A DNA stretch of 35,826 nucleotides from a virus (taxonomy: Duplodnaviria > Caudoviricetes), in the IMG/VR virus record IMGVR_UViG_3300037991_004101, positions 1 through 35,826 of that record; one strand, 5' to 3'. How positions within the stretch are numbered: position 1 is the first letter of the stretch; every line of letters starts with the position of its first letter. The notes under the pieces were generated by a model. It did not search any database. It saw only the letters and a list, made by a program, of their open reading frames with translations, and was not told the DNA's origin. The translations under genes and the position numbers were made by a program. Positions 1-9,283 of this stretch are shown here, piece after piece.

Positions 1-602
1 ACAGGCTTTTTTAATCTTCGTGATATGGCTAAAGCATATTACCAAAACTATGAGTCTAAGATCTTGGTTGAGGATTCGCTTGGCTTGCCTACCTCGGCAA
101 CAGCCGGAGAAGTCTATGACATCATAGTTCTATACTATGACCGACAGAGCGAGAGCACCAAAAGACAGACTTTTCAAGTGACTCATGAAACCTCCGCAAG
201 CTTTGGAGGATCATCTATAGGTAGACTCCTTCACATAGCCGATTCCAACAGCTTCTCCAATAATGTGAGCTTTGCAGATTGGCAAGACTCGGAAAGAGTC
301 CTGATCTTTAGGGGTAGCCAAGTCATTGAAGACAATGCAGGCCAAATCATGCTCAAGCTCTTAGAGAGTGGTGGTGGTGATGAGATCAATGGAGACTATG
401 ACCTTTTAGGACTAGGCTTGAATATATCGAGCAGCGATATAGATGAAGACAGCTTCCTCGCTGTTGGTGCTTCCTGTCCTTTTGTCTTCACTGATCAATT
501 CGCAGGTGATGGATCGAGCTTGAGAGGAATCTTTGATAGCTTGCTCAAGCTTATGGGGGCTTGTCTTGTAATGAAGCGAGATGAGTCCACCGGTCGAAGT
601 CG
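1..602 (+). repeat. Left copy of 602-nt imperfect terminal overlap (matches 35225-35826)
   Basis: Colinear without indels; about 48 substitutions by manual alignment; the first ~92 and last ~40 nt are identical. Confidence 0.95.
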
Positions 603-1500
603 TTTGAGCCTACAAGCCTTAGGTTCAGAGCGCTCGACTGACTCTTCATTGACCATCGAGGCCGGTGACTGGTTAAGTGATCCTGCGCCACATTGGGACA
701 TCTATGAAGACATAGTCACTCAAATTAAATATGAGTTCGATTACTCGGCAGAAGAGGACAGCTATTTAAGCGAGGTGATCTTCAACAACCAAGAAGCAAT
801 CAACCGCTATGGTGGAGAGCGGAGCAAGATCACTTTGACTTTGCCTGGAGTAAGCTCAAGAGACTTCGGGAGGAATGCAGGAGATAACTTCAACTTCTTT
901 CTTCCAAGCTCATCTCGAATCTTCAACATTCTATCAAATCCTTTGAGAGTATGGCGAGGCTCAATTGGTACAGGTCCAAGCGCTTTCCTAGATGTTGGGA
1001 GCTACGTGACTGTAAGTTCTCCACACTTGCGAGGCTATAGCGATTCTTATGGAGTGACCAATGGAGTTGGAATGGTTCGATCTATCAATCAAGAGCTAAT
1101 GAGCGAGGGTTGTGAAATCGAGCTACTCACCACAGGTTTGAGTCCAGTGGCTTGGAATGCGACAGCCTTTGTCAGTATTGTCCCAACTAATACGACTGTC
1201 GTAGTTGAGAGTAATTTATTTAGTCGTAGCGGTGTTGATGATGTGAGCTTCTTTAAGGTTGGCGATGTTGTTGACTACTTACCACAAGGTGATCATGATA
1301 ATGCTATTATAGGCTTAGAAATACAGAGTATTTCATCTAACATAATTACATTTACAAGCGCTCATGGAATATCCGCACCAAAGGGAACTTTAGAGCCTAC
1401 CACTTACGCCAACGCAAGCTCCACACATAAAGCAGACGCTTATTTAGCAAATGCTAGCAGTATAATAAACACAGACACCGAAGCACAGGAGTTCAGTTAA
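1..1500 (+). CDS. C-terminal half of large tail-tip/hub protein (gene starts at 33650 on the circular map, ~1024 aa)
   Basis: Frame is open from base 1 and is the same frame as the ORF starting at 33650 (35225-33650=1575 nt). The ORF-track start at 25 is an internal Met. Position is at the end of the tail module. Confidence 0.8.
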   Translation, partial: TGFFNLRDMAKAYYQNYESKILVEDSLGLPTSATAGEVYDIIVLYYDRQSESTKRQTFQVTHETSASFGGSSIGRLLHIADSNSFSNNVSFADWQDSERVLIFRGSQVIEDNAGQIMLKLLESGGGDEINGDYDLLGLGLNISSSDIDEDSFLAVGASCPFVFTDQFAGDGSSLRGIFDSLLKLMGACLVMKRDESTGRSRLSLQALGSERSTDSSLTIEAGDWLSDPAPHWDIYEDIVTQIKYEFDYSAEEDSYLSEVIFNNQEAINRYGGERSKITLTLPGVSSRDFGRNAGDNFNFFLPSSSRIFNILSNPLRVWRGSIGTGPSAFLDVGSYVTVSSPHLRGYSDSYGVTNGVGMVRSINQELMSEGCEIELLTTGLSPVAWNATAFVSIVPTNTTVVVESNLFSRSGVDDVSFFKVGDVVDYLPQGDHDNAIIGLEIQSISSNIITFTSAHGISAPKGTLEPTTYANASSTHKADAYLANASSIINTDTEAQEFS

Positions 1501-2165
1501 TGCCAACTAAAGCAGACCTTGAAAACAAAATCTTAGATCTTAAACATGAGATCAGAAGACAAGAGCGTTCTATCAATCAATTAAAGCTTGATATAGATGA
1601 ACTTCCTTCAAATGCTTTTCAGCCAAGTTTCCCGACTCCACAACTATCTGAACAAACAAGACAGGCACTTGATCGAGCAAGTCAAGAATGGGAAAGGGTT
1701 GTTTATGACCCATCTTCAAGAATCAACACATACATCAAAACTAAAGAGGGTATTGGGTGGTCTTGGGAATCTGACTATATCAAGAATGGTCAATTTGCTT
1801 GGTGTGGTGCGTTTGCTGCCTTTGCTCATAAAGCTGTGAAGTTTCCAATTAGACATAAGATCTTTCCAAGCTGTTATCGTATGTATAAAGCATGGTCGAA
1901 GACTTCACGTTCGATTGATCATGCTAAGGTTTTGCCAGGTGATATTGTTGTTGTATATACTTCCAAGCGATCAATCCAAGGTGATCACATAACGCTTTGT
2001 ATTGATAATTCCACAATCAATGAGGGATATATCACAACCATTGAGGGGAATGCTCATGGCACTCTTGGCGATGGAGAGTATGGTGAGGGAGTAATCAAGC
2101 GAGAGCGCAAGCTTGAAGAGTTCGCTCATGTTTATCGACTATTAGGAGATGACTTTGATGAGTGA
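1500..2165 (+). CDS. CHAP-domain endolysin / cell-wall amidase with N-terminal coiled coil
   Basis: CHAP-type motifs AWCGAF (catalytic Cys), GDIVV, DHI (His) and TIEGN; followed by a holin-like gene. Confidence 0.8.
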   Translation: MPTKADLENKILDLKHEIRRQERSINQLKLDIDELPSNAFQPSFPTPQLSEQTRQALDRASQEWERVVYDPSSRINTYIKTKEGIGWSWESDYIKNGQFAWCGAFAAFAHKAVKFPIRHKIFPSCYRMYKAWSKTSRSIDHAKVLPGDIVVVYTSKRSIQGDHITLCIDNSTINEGYITTIEGNAHGTLGDGEYGEGVIKRERKLEEFAHVYRLLGDDFDE

Positions 2166-2370
2166 TCCTAAACTTTTAGATAAAGCAGGAGGACGGAAAG
2201 TCTTAGCTTTTTATTCTGCTCTAGCCTGTTGTTTTATTCTAGCTCTATTAGACAAAGCACACACTGAAGTTTTAGGTCTAATTGATACGCTTTTCTTCAT
2301 TTATGCAGGTGCAAACGTCATGGCAAAACGTCAACCACAACCACAACAAAAGGAAAAAACAAATGAGTAA
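2158..2370 (+). CDS. Small two-TM holin-like protein
   Basis: Two hydrophobic segments (VLAFYSALACCFILALL; VLGLIDTLFFIYAGANV) and a charged C-terminus, next to the lysin. AGGAG lies 9 nt before ATG 2158; alternative start 2149. Confidence 0.6.
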   Translation: MSDPKLLDKAGGRKVLAFYSALACCFILALLDKAHTEVLGLIDTLFFIYAGANVMAKRQPQPQQKEKTNE

Positions 2371-2749
2371 ACTTGGAGTACAGAATCCTATTTCAGCAGG
2401 TCAATTAGTTGGCGCTTATAATGCTTCTTCAGTATCTGACACAGATTGGCACACACTAACCAGTAATGAGTTTTATGATACAGTAACAGGAAATCAAATA
2501 ACCGATGGTCTACAGTTTGCCTTTGTGGCCTTGATCAGTTCCTCAACCTCAACCTTAAGCTTTTTAAAGCTTCGAGCGGCGGCAGGAGCAGGAGATGGAA
2601 AGACCAACACTGATGGAGTGATACCTGTATTTGGTCGATTTGAGATTGATAGCCAAGCTCTTCAGGCAGGCGATTCGGTTACATCTATTGCATATGCTAA
2701 AGGTGCAAGTGGTGACTCTGTTGTTATCATTGCAGGCTTCAACAAATAA
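2363..2749 (+). CDS. Hypothetical virion protein (128 aa, MSKLGVQNP...)
   Basis: AAGGA RBS and ATG overlapping the holin end; Gly/Ser/Ala-rich; directly upstream of the tail fibre. Confidence 0.6.
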   Translation: MSKLGVQNPISAGQLVGAYNASSVSDTDWHTLTSNEFYDTVTGNQITDGLQFAFVALISSSTSTLSFLKLRAAAGAGDGKTNTDGVIPVFGRFEIDSQALQAGDSVTSIAYAKGASGDSVVIIAGFNK

Positions 2750-2759
2750 GGATTGAATC

Positions 2760-5336
2760 ATGGCGATTAAAACACAAACTTTTACAGGTGGTGGTGGTGG
2801 GAGTATTACTGGAGGCCTTGTATACAAAGGTACATTTAATGCAACCACCGGACTCCCAAGTTTGGCAAATGCCGAACAAGGTGATTATTATAAGATTGCA
2901 ACAGCAGGAACAATTTACGGTCAGACTTGGGACATTAATGACAGCTTATTGATCAATGCTGATATGGGCGGTTCAATAACAAATAGTAAGATTGATAAGA
3001 TCGACAACACCGAGCCAACTAATGTTCTGATTACTACTAACAATCTAAGCGATCTAAACAACGCAGGGACAGCGAGAACGAATCTTGGCCTTGGTAATGT
3101 AGCGACACTGTCAACAGGAGTTTCAAACGGAAACGTGATTGTAGCGGATTCCACTGGTCTTCCTGCGATTGATGGTAGTCAGTTGACAGGCATAATAGCG
3201 ACCGACTCAACCAAGTTGGCAATAGCAAACAACTTAAGCGATCTAAACAACGCAGGGACAGCACGAACAAATCTTGGACTTGGCAATGTTGCGACACTAT
3301 CAACAGGAGTTTCAAACGGAAACGTGATTGTGGCAGACTCGACAGGTTTACCTGCGATAGACGGTTCACAGTTAACAAATATCACAGCAACCGACTCAAC
3401 TAAATTGGCTATTGCAAACAACTTAAGTGATCTAAACAACGCAGGGACAGCACGAACAAATCTTGGACTTGGCAATGTTGCGACACTATCAACAGGAGTT
3501 TCAAACGGAAACGTGATTGTAGCGGACTCGACAGGTTTACCGGCGATTGATGGTTCACAGTTGACAGGTATCACAGCAACCGACTCAACTAAGCTTGCTA
3601 TAGCTAACAATCTAAGCGATCTAAACAACGCAGGGACAGCGAGAACGAATCTTGGCCTTGGTAATGTAGCGACACTGTCAACAGGAGTTTCAAACGGAAA
3701 CGTGATTGTGGCAGACTCGACAGGTTTACCTGCGATTGATGGTTCACAGTTGACAGGTATTACAGCGACTGACTCAACCAAGTTGGCAATAGCTAACAAT
3801 CTAAGCGATCTAAACAACGCTACCACAGCGAGAACGAATCTTGGTCTTGGTAATGTAGCGACACTGTCCACAGGAGTTTCAAATGGAAACGTAATTGTAG
3901 CGGACTCCACTGGACTTCCTGCGATTGATGGTAGTCAGTTGACAGGTATTACAGCGACTGACTCAACCAAGTTGGCAATAGCTAACAACTTAAGCGATCT
4001 AAACAACGCTACCACAGCGAGAACAAATCTTGGACTAGCCACAGTAGCCTCAACAGGTGCTTACAGTGATTTAAGTGGAAGTCCTACTAATGTAAGTACA
4101 TTCACAAATGATGCCGGCTATTTAACTTCAGCAGGCTATCCAGTGCAAACAGCGATTGGAGGTATGGACGAGACAGGAACTGGAGGGAGTGATAATAGCA
4201 CAGATATAAATCTAAACTCGGCGCTATTGTTAACAGCGGCAAGTGTGAATGATGTAGAAGTTAAACTTCCTTTAATCTCCACCGCTAGTGATGGTGATGT
4301 GGCTATAATAGTAAGAAAAAACTCAGGATCATTAAAAATTAGTAAACATGATAGTGAAACTGTATCTAATCCAATTATGTACTTAGATGCGGGTTTTGGT
4401 GATAACTTTACAATCACTAATAATCAACAGCAAATTCATGTGAGATTTGATAGCGCAGGCTCTGGAAGGTGGTACATATACGATAAAGCCCAAGGAACTG
4501 CGGCATTATTAGACGTTGGAACTTCAGCAAATCAAATAGTACAGTTAGACGGATCTTCAAGATTGCCTGCTGTCGATGGCTCACAGTTGACAGGAGTGAC
4601 AGCGACCGACTCAACCAAGTTGGCAATAGCAAACAACTTAAGTGATTTGAACAACGCAGGGACAGCACGAACGAATCTTGGCCTTGGTACAGCTTCAACA
4701 AGTGCAAGCACTGACTTCTTGAGCGCAACAGGAGCGGACTCATTAGGTGGTAATCTTGATGTGAATGGAAATGATATTGTTTCATCTTCTAATGGTGATA
4801 TTGAAATCGCTCCTGATGGAAACGGCTCATTCATCATCAAGGGAAATGCAACAAGTGGAAGCGGTCGAATAGTTCTAAACTGTGAACAAAACTCGCATGG
4901 AATCACGTTGAAAGGGCCTCCACATTCAGCCGAAGCAAGTTACACATTAACACTTCCAAATGACGATGGTGACGCAGGCGAAGTTTTAAAAACTGATGGA
5001 AATGGCAATTTAGATTGGGTTGCTCAAAGCGGTGGTGGTTCTGCTCCAACTGTGACCAGTGCTTCTCCGAGTTCAAACTATACAATCTCAACTCATGCAG
5101 ATAATGAAGAGATTTATATCCTAACTCCATCGGCTGACATTTCGGTTTTCTTACCATCGGCTTCGAGTTGTGGGAGCGGTTACAAGTATCAAATCAAGAA
5201 TCTTGGTGCTTACACTATCACTATTGATCCGGATTCAACTGAGTACATTGACCACTCAGGACAAACAACTTTCGATATTGTCCAATATGAAAGTGTTACC
5301 CTGGTAACCGATGCTTCAAACTGGTTCATTATCTAA
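2760..5336 (+). CDS. Long tail fibre protein with 63-aa tandem repeats
   Basis: NNLSDL..TARTNLGLG and LPAIDGSQLT shaft motifs; GGNLDVNG / YTLTLP / VLKTDG.GNL.W motifs; C-terminal LP...IKN...ITI...ID...ESVTLV..SNWFI beta module. All are typical of aquatic phage fibres. Confidence 0.85.
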   Translation: MAIKTQTFTGGGGGSITGGLVYKGTFNATTGLPSLANAEQGDYYKIATAGTIYGQTWDINDSLLINADMGGSITNSKIDKIDNTEPTNVLITTNNLSDLNNAGTARTNLGLGNVATLSTGVSNGNVIVADSTGLPAIDGSQLTGIIATDSTKLAIANNLSDLNNAGTARTNLGLGNVATLSTGVSNGNVIVADSTGLPAIDGSQLTNITATDSTKLAIANNLSDLNNAGTARTNLGLGNVATLSTGVSNGNVIVADSTGLPAIDGSQLTGITATDSTKLAIANNLSDLNNAGTARTNLGLGNVATLSTGVSNGNVIVADSTGLPAIDGSQLTGITATDSTKLAIANNLSDLNNATTARTNLGLGNVATLSTGVSNGNVIVADSTGLPAIDGSQLTGITATDSTKLAIANNLSDLNNATTARTNLGLATVASTGAYSDLSGSPTNVSTFTNDAGYLTSAGYPVQTAIGGMDETGTGGSDNSTDINLNSALLLTAASVNDVEVKLPLISTASDGDVAIIVRKNSGSLKISKHDSETVSNPIMYLDAGFGDNFTITNNQQQIHVRFDSAGSGRWYIYDKAQGTAALLDVGTSANQIVQLDGSSRLPAVDGSQLTGVTATDSTKLAIANNLSDLNNAGTARTNLGLGTASTSASTDFLSATGADSLGGNLDVNGNDIVSSSNGDIEIAPDGNGSFIIKGNATSGSGRIVLNCEQNSHGITLKGPPHSAEASYTLTLPNDDGDAGEVLKTDGNGNLDWVAQSGGGSAPTVTSASPSSNYTISTHADNEEIYILTPSADISVFLPSASSCGSGYKYQIKNLGAYTITIDPDSTEYIDHSGQTTFDIVQYESVTLVTDASNWFII
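3039..4037 (+). repeat. 189-bp tandem repeat, 5 full units plus a partial 6th; detached partial copy at about 4563-4690
   Basis: Units start at 3039, 3228, 3417, 3606, 3795 and 3984 (exact 189-nt period); differences are mostly synonymous. Confidence 0.95.
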
Positions 5337-5346
5337 GGAGTTAATT

Positions 5347-5775
5347 ATGACTTTTGTCCATAAGCTTGGCTCGCTAGAAATAGGAATTGCTGATTTAAGC
5401 AACAGCTATGCAAGCGGAACAAGTTCACCCTATGGCTTGAGTAATGCAGTCGGTAACTTGTCGCTTTCTATCGGTGGAACAGACAGTGATGAAATCACAC
5501 TCTCAAGAGGTCGTTATGTTCTTTATGCTGTCCCTTATGTAACAACAACAGCCAATGTTCAATTTACTTGGCAGTCTGACGCAAGTGGCTCATTTGCTAA
5601 TGTTGGAAAAGTTGGAAAAGTTCCGATTTCTGGAGATGGTACAGGACAAAACTCATCGGCGGTTTATGCGTTTGATGTGACTTCAAGCGTTAAGGTTCGA
5701 TTGAGGCTTACTGCATTAGGTGGCTCTGCTAGTGACTCGGGCGGTTATGTAAGAATTAGTAAGGGGGATTTATGA
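5347..5775 (+). CDS. Small fibre-associated beta protein (MTFVHK...), possible C1q/TNF-like jelly roll
   Basis: TAAGGAG RBS before ATG 5347; EITLSRGRYVL motif; follows the fibre gene. Confidence 0.6.
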   Translation: MTFVHKLGSLEIGIADLSNSYASGTSSPYGLSNAVGNLSLSIGGTDSDEITLSRGRYVLYAVPYVTTTANVQFTWQSDASGSFANVGKVGKVPISGDGTGQNSSAVYAFDVTSSVKVRLRLTALGGSASDSGGYVRISKGDL

Positions 5776-6197
5776 CTTTTTTAAAGAGGCCAGCGCTTGG
5801 TTTATGCTTTGCAACAGGTGGAAGCAATGCTTCGACAGTGGCTTCAATTGGCTTTGATCAAACTGAAGACAGCGGAAGTCAGTACGATAGCACTGATCGA
5901 AGCAACACTTTCAGCACTCCAATATTAGGAATCACTCGAATTTGTGGTGATGAAACGCAAACTATATTAAGACTATCTCAATACTGTGCAAGTGACAATG
6001 AGACCGACACAACAGAAAGAAAATATGTGTTCAGTGGTCGCACTTGCGATGAGAATGACACTCAATATACAAAAGGCGATTCTGAAAGTTATTGTCGAAA
6101 TAATGTAGTTAAGATCTATGAAGTAGGTACTGCTGTTAGTTCAAGAAAGTGGGCTTGGCTAGAGTGGACTCATCTTGAGTTTTATAGAGTAACTTAG
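5772..6197 (+). CDS. Small fibre-associated protein (MTFLKR...)
   Basis: AAGGGGG RBS and ATGA overlap with the upstream gene. Confidence 0.6.
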   Translation: MTFLKRPALGLCFATGGSNASTVASIGFDQTEDSGSQYDSTDRSNTFSTPILGITRICGDETQTILRLSQYCASDNETDTTERKYVFSGRTCDENDTQYTKGDSESYCRNNVVKIYEVGTAVSSRKWAWLEWTHLEFYRVT

Positions 6198-6206
6198 GAG
6201 TTTATC

Positions 6207-6701
6207 ATGACGTTTTTAAGAATGCATAAGCTTAAGCTTAGTCAACACATATTTACATGCACTGACAACCAAAGCAGAAGCACAGCAAGTGCTATAGTTC
6301 AACTTAATTCAACGATCTACACACAGCAAAACTATTTCAATTACACACCAACAGTCAGCACCACAGATGATCGAATCACTTTACCGGCAGGTAAATACTA
6401 TCTTGAATGTGCTTTAAGTATCACTAAGAGCGCAGGAACATGGAATATGGAGTATTATTGGCGCTCTTACGACTCCGGGACTAGTACATATACGACCATT
6501 GGCCATGAGGGTAGAGAGAACGGGGCTTTAAACCAAGGCAACCCATATAAGAATCAAATAGCTACTGCTTACATTGAAAGCGCTAGTAGTATTGAATTAT
6601 CTGTTTGGTCAGAAGGGTCTACAACTTACGCTATTAATAGCACCACATATCTCCCAAATTATGGAGGCAAGTCAAGACTTGCAGTATGGAGACTAGAATG
6701 A
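6207..6701 (+). CDS. Small fibre-associated beta protein (MTFLRM...), possible C1q/TNF-like jelly roll
   Basis: TAGGAG RBS; RITLPAGKYYL motif. Confidence 0.65.
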   Translation: MTFLRMHKLKLSQHIFTCTDNQSRSTASAIVQLNSTIYTQQNYFNYTPTVSTTDDRITLPAGKYYLECALSITKSAGTWNMEYYWRSYDSGTSTYTTIGHEGRENGALNQGNPYKNQIATAYIESASSIELSVWSEGSTTYAINSTTYLPNYGGKSRLAVWRLE

Positions 6702-6994
6702 TTGAACAATTACTAACTAACAAAGAGACAGTCCCCTACGCTTTAGCATGTTTCTGCATTGTACTCTCGATGTTCATTGGTTACCTTTTTGGCCACCAAG
6801 ATCCAGGAGCTGTCTGTGCTGAGTACATTATTCAAGAGCGACAAGCAACGAGCAAAGCGATTGAACTAAATGAAGAGCTGACACAATGCAAAGCAACAAA
6901 AACAGGTGGCGCTGTGATTGATTGCAAACGTGTGTGTGATGAACAGACAAAGCGAGCGCTTGAAAATTACAAGTCTATAGCTTGTGAGGACTAG
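6698..6994 (+). CDS. Membrane-anchored Cys-containing coiled-coil protein (i-spanin-like)
   Basis: ATGA overlap, GGAG RBS; N-terminal TM segment followed by a helical, Cys-rich region. Confidence 0.45.
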   Translation: MIEQLLTNKETVPYALACFCIVLSMFIGYLFGHQDPGAVCAEYIIQERQATSKAIELNEELTQCKATKTGGAVIDCKRVCDEQTKRALENYKSIACED

Positions 6995-6996
6995 TC

Positions 6997-7440
6997 ATGA
7001 ACTTTTTTTTAAGCGTTGTGATGTTCCTGACTCCACTTGTTGACATACCAGCCACCGCCATTTGGCTAGGAAAAGGTATTGAAATAATTCAAGGGGAAAA
7101 AATCAAAGCTGGCGAAGTGGCGTCAACAACAAAGATGATGCTGTCAATTCATGATTTCGTTCGTCTGAAATCAGCAATGGAAAGCTCAACTGATCTTTGC
7201 TCGTGGGCGATCACTGAGACAGCAAACGAGTGCATGAAGGGCGCAAAGCGACAGCTTGACATTGCGCTCAATCGTGAATCTAATCAGAGCGATTTAATCA
7301 CAGCTTACGAGCACAGATTAAAACAAACTGAGTCAGCATTGAATGATTCTGAAAACTATAATAAAATACTTCTATATGTTAGCGGTGGTTTGGCTATTAT
7401 AGCGGCTTCGACAACGACACTGTTTATTGCAAAGAAGTGA
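6997..7440 (+). CDS. Exported coiled-coil protein with C-terminal TM helix (possible spanin-like)
   Basis: Hydrophobic N-terminus, central heptads, C-terminal ILLYVSGGLAIIAASTTTLFI; no lipobox Cys. Confidence 0.4.
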   Translation: MNFFLSVVMFLTPLVDIPATAIWLGKGIEIIQGEKIKAGEVASTTKMMLSIHDFVRLKSAMESSTDLCSWAITETANECMKGAKRQLDIALNRESNQSDLITAYEHRLKQTESALNDSENYNKILLYVSGGLAIIAASTTTLFIAKK

Positions 7441-7444
7441 AATT

Positions 7445-7693
7445 ATGGACAGCATGAACCCAATTGATATTGGTCAACTTTTAGCGCTTGCGGCTTTTTG
7501 GTTTTCAACTGTAAAAGACAAAGCGTCAAAAGCTGAAGAGCTTGGACAGATGAAGCAACAGATCAGATCTCTTGAAACTCGTGCTTCAAATGTCGATGCG
7601 CAATTGAATGAAATCAACACGAAGCTGAATCAACTTGTTGAAAGCAATGCACGTCTTGAAACTCAACTGACATTATTAATCAGTCAACAGTGA
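7445..7693 (+). CDS. Small TM plus coiled-coil protein (holin/XhlA-like architecture)
   Basis: IGQLLALAAFWF followed by leucine heptads; start position uncertain. Confidence 0.5.
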   Translation: MDSMNPIDIGQLLALAAFWFSTVKDKASKAEELGQMKQQIRSLETRASNVDAQLNEINTKLNQLVESNARLETQLTLLISQQ

Positions 7694-8136
7694 AAGCAAA
7701 GCATTTAAAAGTTCGCATTCAACAGTGTGAATTGATCGCTTCAAGCTCCCCTTGTCCACGTCGCAAAGTGGGCGCAATCATTGTTGATCCTGTGACTAAT
7801 GTCATCATTAGCGAAGGATATAACGGAACACCAAGAGGAAGTTCAAATCACTTTTGCGGTGGCGCAACATGCAAGCGTGATGAACAAGCAATTGAAAGCG
7901 GAACACAGAATGACATAGGCTGTCATCATGCTGAAATGAACGCCATCTTGAACGCTGCTAGAACTGGCAACTCAACACTTGGCAAATGGCTGATTGTCAA
8001 CTGTGATCCTTGCTTAATGTGCGCAAAAGCAATTCATCACGCTGGCATTGTCAGAGTGTATTGTCCAAAGCGGACAAGTTCAGGACTATCATATTTACAT
8101 GAAAACAAGGTCAAGCTTGTCTCAATTGAAACATAA
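7690..8136 (+). CDS. dCMP deaminase (ComEB/deoxycytidylate deaminase family)
   Basis: C.RRKVGAII, GYNG.P.G, HAEMNA and PCLMC zinc motifs; GTG start overlapping the upstream stop. Confidence 0.93.
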   Translation: MKAKHLKVRIQQCELIASSSPCPRRKVGAIIVDPVTNVIISEGYNGTPRGSSNHFCGGATCKRDEQAIESGTQNDIGCHHAEMNAILNAARTGNSTLGKWLIVNCDPCLMCAKAIHHAGIVRVYCPKRTSSGLSYLHENKVKLVSIET

Positions 8137-9258
8137 GTCAAAGAACTCGTTGACTTTGTTCCAATCGTTTTTCTTCATGTATGTCATCAGTCTTTGAGCT
8201 TCATTTATATACTCGTCAGGTATTCGATCCAGTTCAGCGACAAGTTCAGCGTAAGCTGGTTCACAGATACGAGGCCCATAAATGTTTGGTGGACAGTCTA
8301 CAAGCTTTGGGTACTGTGCGACAAAGCCAGCGTGAACACCGTCAACCGCTTCTTTGTTTTCATGAAGCCACCAATTAGTTAAATCTGACCAGCCCCTTCT
8401 GATTACATCATGTTTGATGAAGCTGTAAAAAGCGTCTTCAAGCTCTTCAGGAGTCATGTCAGCTGGATCAAGCTTTTGTCGATTCAAGCGACCTTGTGCC
8501 GCTTCTCTTGAAATATTATGCTCGTCGATCACTTCCCAAAACTCTTGCTCGTTACTGAATGACCAAACTGTCTTGGCTTCAGTCTTGGCTTCAGTCTTGG
8601 CTTCAGTCTTGGCTTCAGCTTTTACTTCAGTTTTTTTTTGCGCTTGCTGTGGTGCTTGTTGTTGTTGTGGCGCTTGACGCTTCGGTGCTTGACGCTTTGG
8701 TGCTGGCTGCTTAACGTTGATCTCTTCACCAAGTGAATCAGCGCTGATTTGCGCTCGCTCGTCATCACTCATGTTTGTGTTGTCTGCGATCTCATCAGCT
8801 GAATAGATGCCGCTGACTGCGTCGGGAAATGTTGCACGAAGTCCCATTGTCAAAACTCTTGATCTAAGCATCTGCAAAGGCATTTGACGCCAGTTGCGAT
8901 TGTTGGTCAATCCTTGTGCTTGCGCCATCTCATAAGTATAAGTAAACGTATGGACAATGTCAGCTGGCTCATCTGTTCTAGCAAACTCCATAGTGCATTG
9001 TTGAGCTGACCAAGACGCAATGCGCATGAATCGAACAAGGCCGCTATTTCGACAGATGCCTGACATCGCATCAGCATTCAAACTTGGCTTGCCTCTTAGA
9101 CAATATGCTTGAGTTTTTACTAGTCCCATATCTCCGTTGAAATGATGACCGAACGCTGAATGACAAAGTAATAAGTCAAGCGGCCTTTGTCCATCTGTCA
9201 AAAGACTTGCAATCTCTTTGGCTTCTTCTCTGTTTGTCGGTGTGTAAATTGATTTCAT
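8122..9258 (-). CDS. RecT/Red-beta-like single-strand annealing protein with C-terminal extension
   Basis: GKPSL.A..M......SG, AQGL...NW..MP.QML.SR.....LR..FPD...G.Y..DE motifs; low-complexity linker; AAGGGAG RBS. Confidence 0.75.
   Translation of the reverse strand: MKSIYTPTNREEAKEIASLLTDGQRPLDLLLCHSAFGHHFNGDMGLVKTQAYCLRGKPSLNADAMSGICRNSGLVRFMRIASWSAQQCTMEFARTDEPADIVHTFTYTYEMAQAQGLTNNRNWRQMPLQMLRSRVLTMGLRATFPDAVSGIYSADEIADNTNMSDDERAQISADSLGEEINVKQPAPKRQAPKRQAPQQQQAPQQAQKKTEVKAEAKTEAKTEAKTEAKTVWSFSNEQEFWEVIDEHNISREAAQGRLNRQKLDPADMTPEELEDAFYSFIKHDVIRRGWSDLTNWWLHENKEAVDGVHAGFVAQYPKLVDCPPNIYGPRICEPAYAELVAELDRIPDEYINEAQRLMTYMKKNDWNKVNEFFDLCFN
8571..8618. repeat. 12-bp tandem repeat (TCTTGGCTTCAG)x4 encoding the EAKT linker
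   Basis: Four exact copies, in frame within the RecT-like gene. Confidence 0.95.
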
Positions 9259-9283
9259 GTTGTGTTCTCCCTTTATTGTTTAA

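Noticed and set aside
1-602. Diverged repeat pair as DGR template/variable region
   Set aside because: Differences are not adenine-specific, are mostly synonymous, and there is no reverse transcriptase.
2921-4906. Long antisense ORFs (up to 243 aa) opposite the tail fibre
   Set aside because: Shadow frames propagated by the 189-bp repeat and codon bias; no RBS or independent signal.
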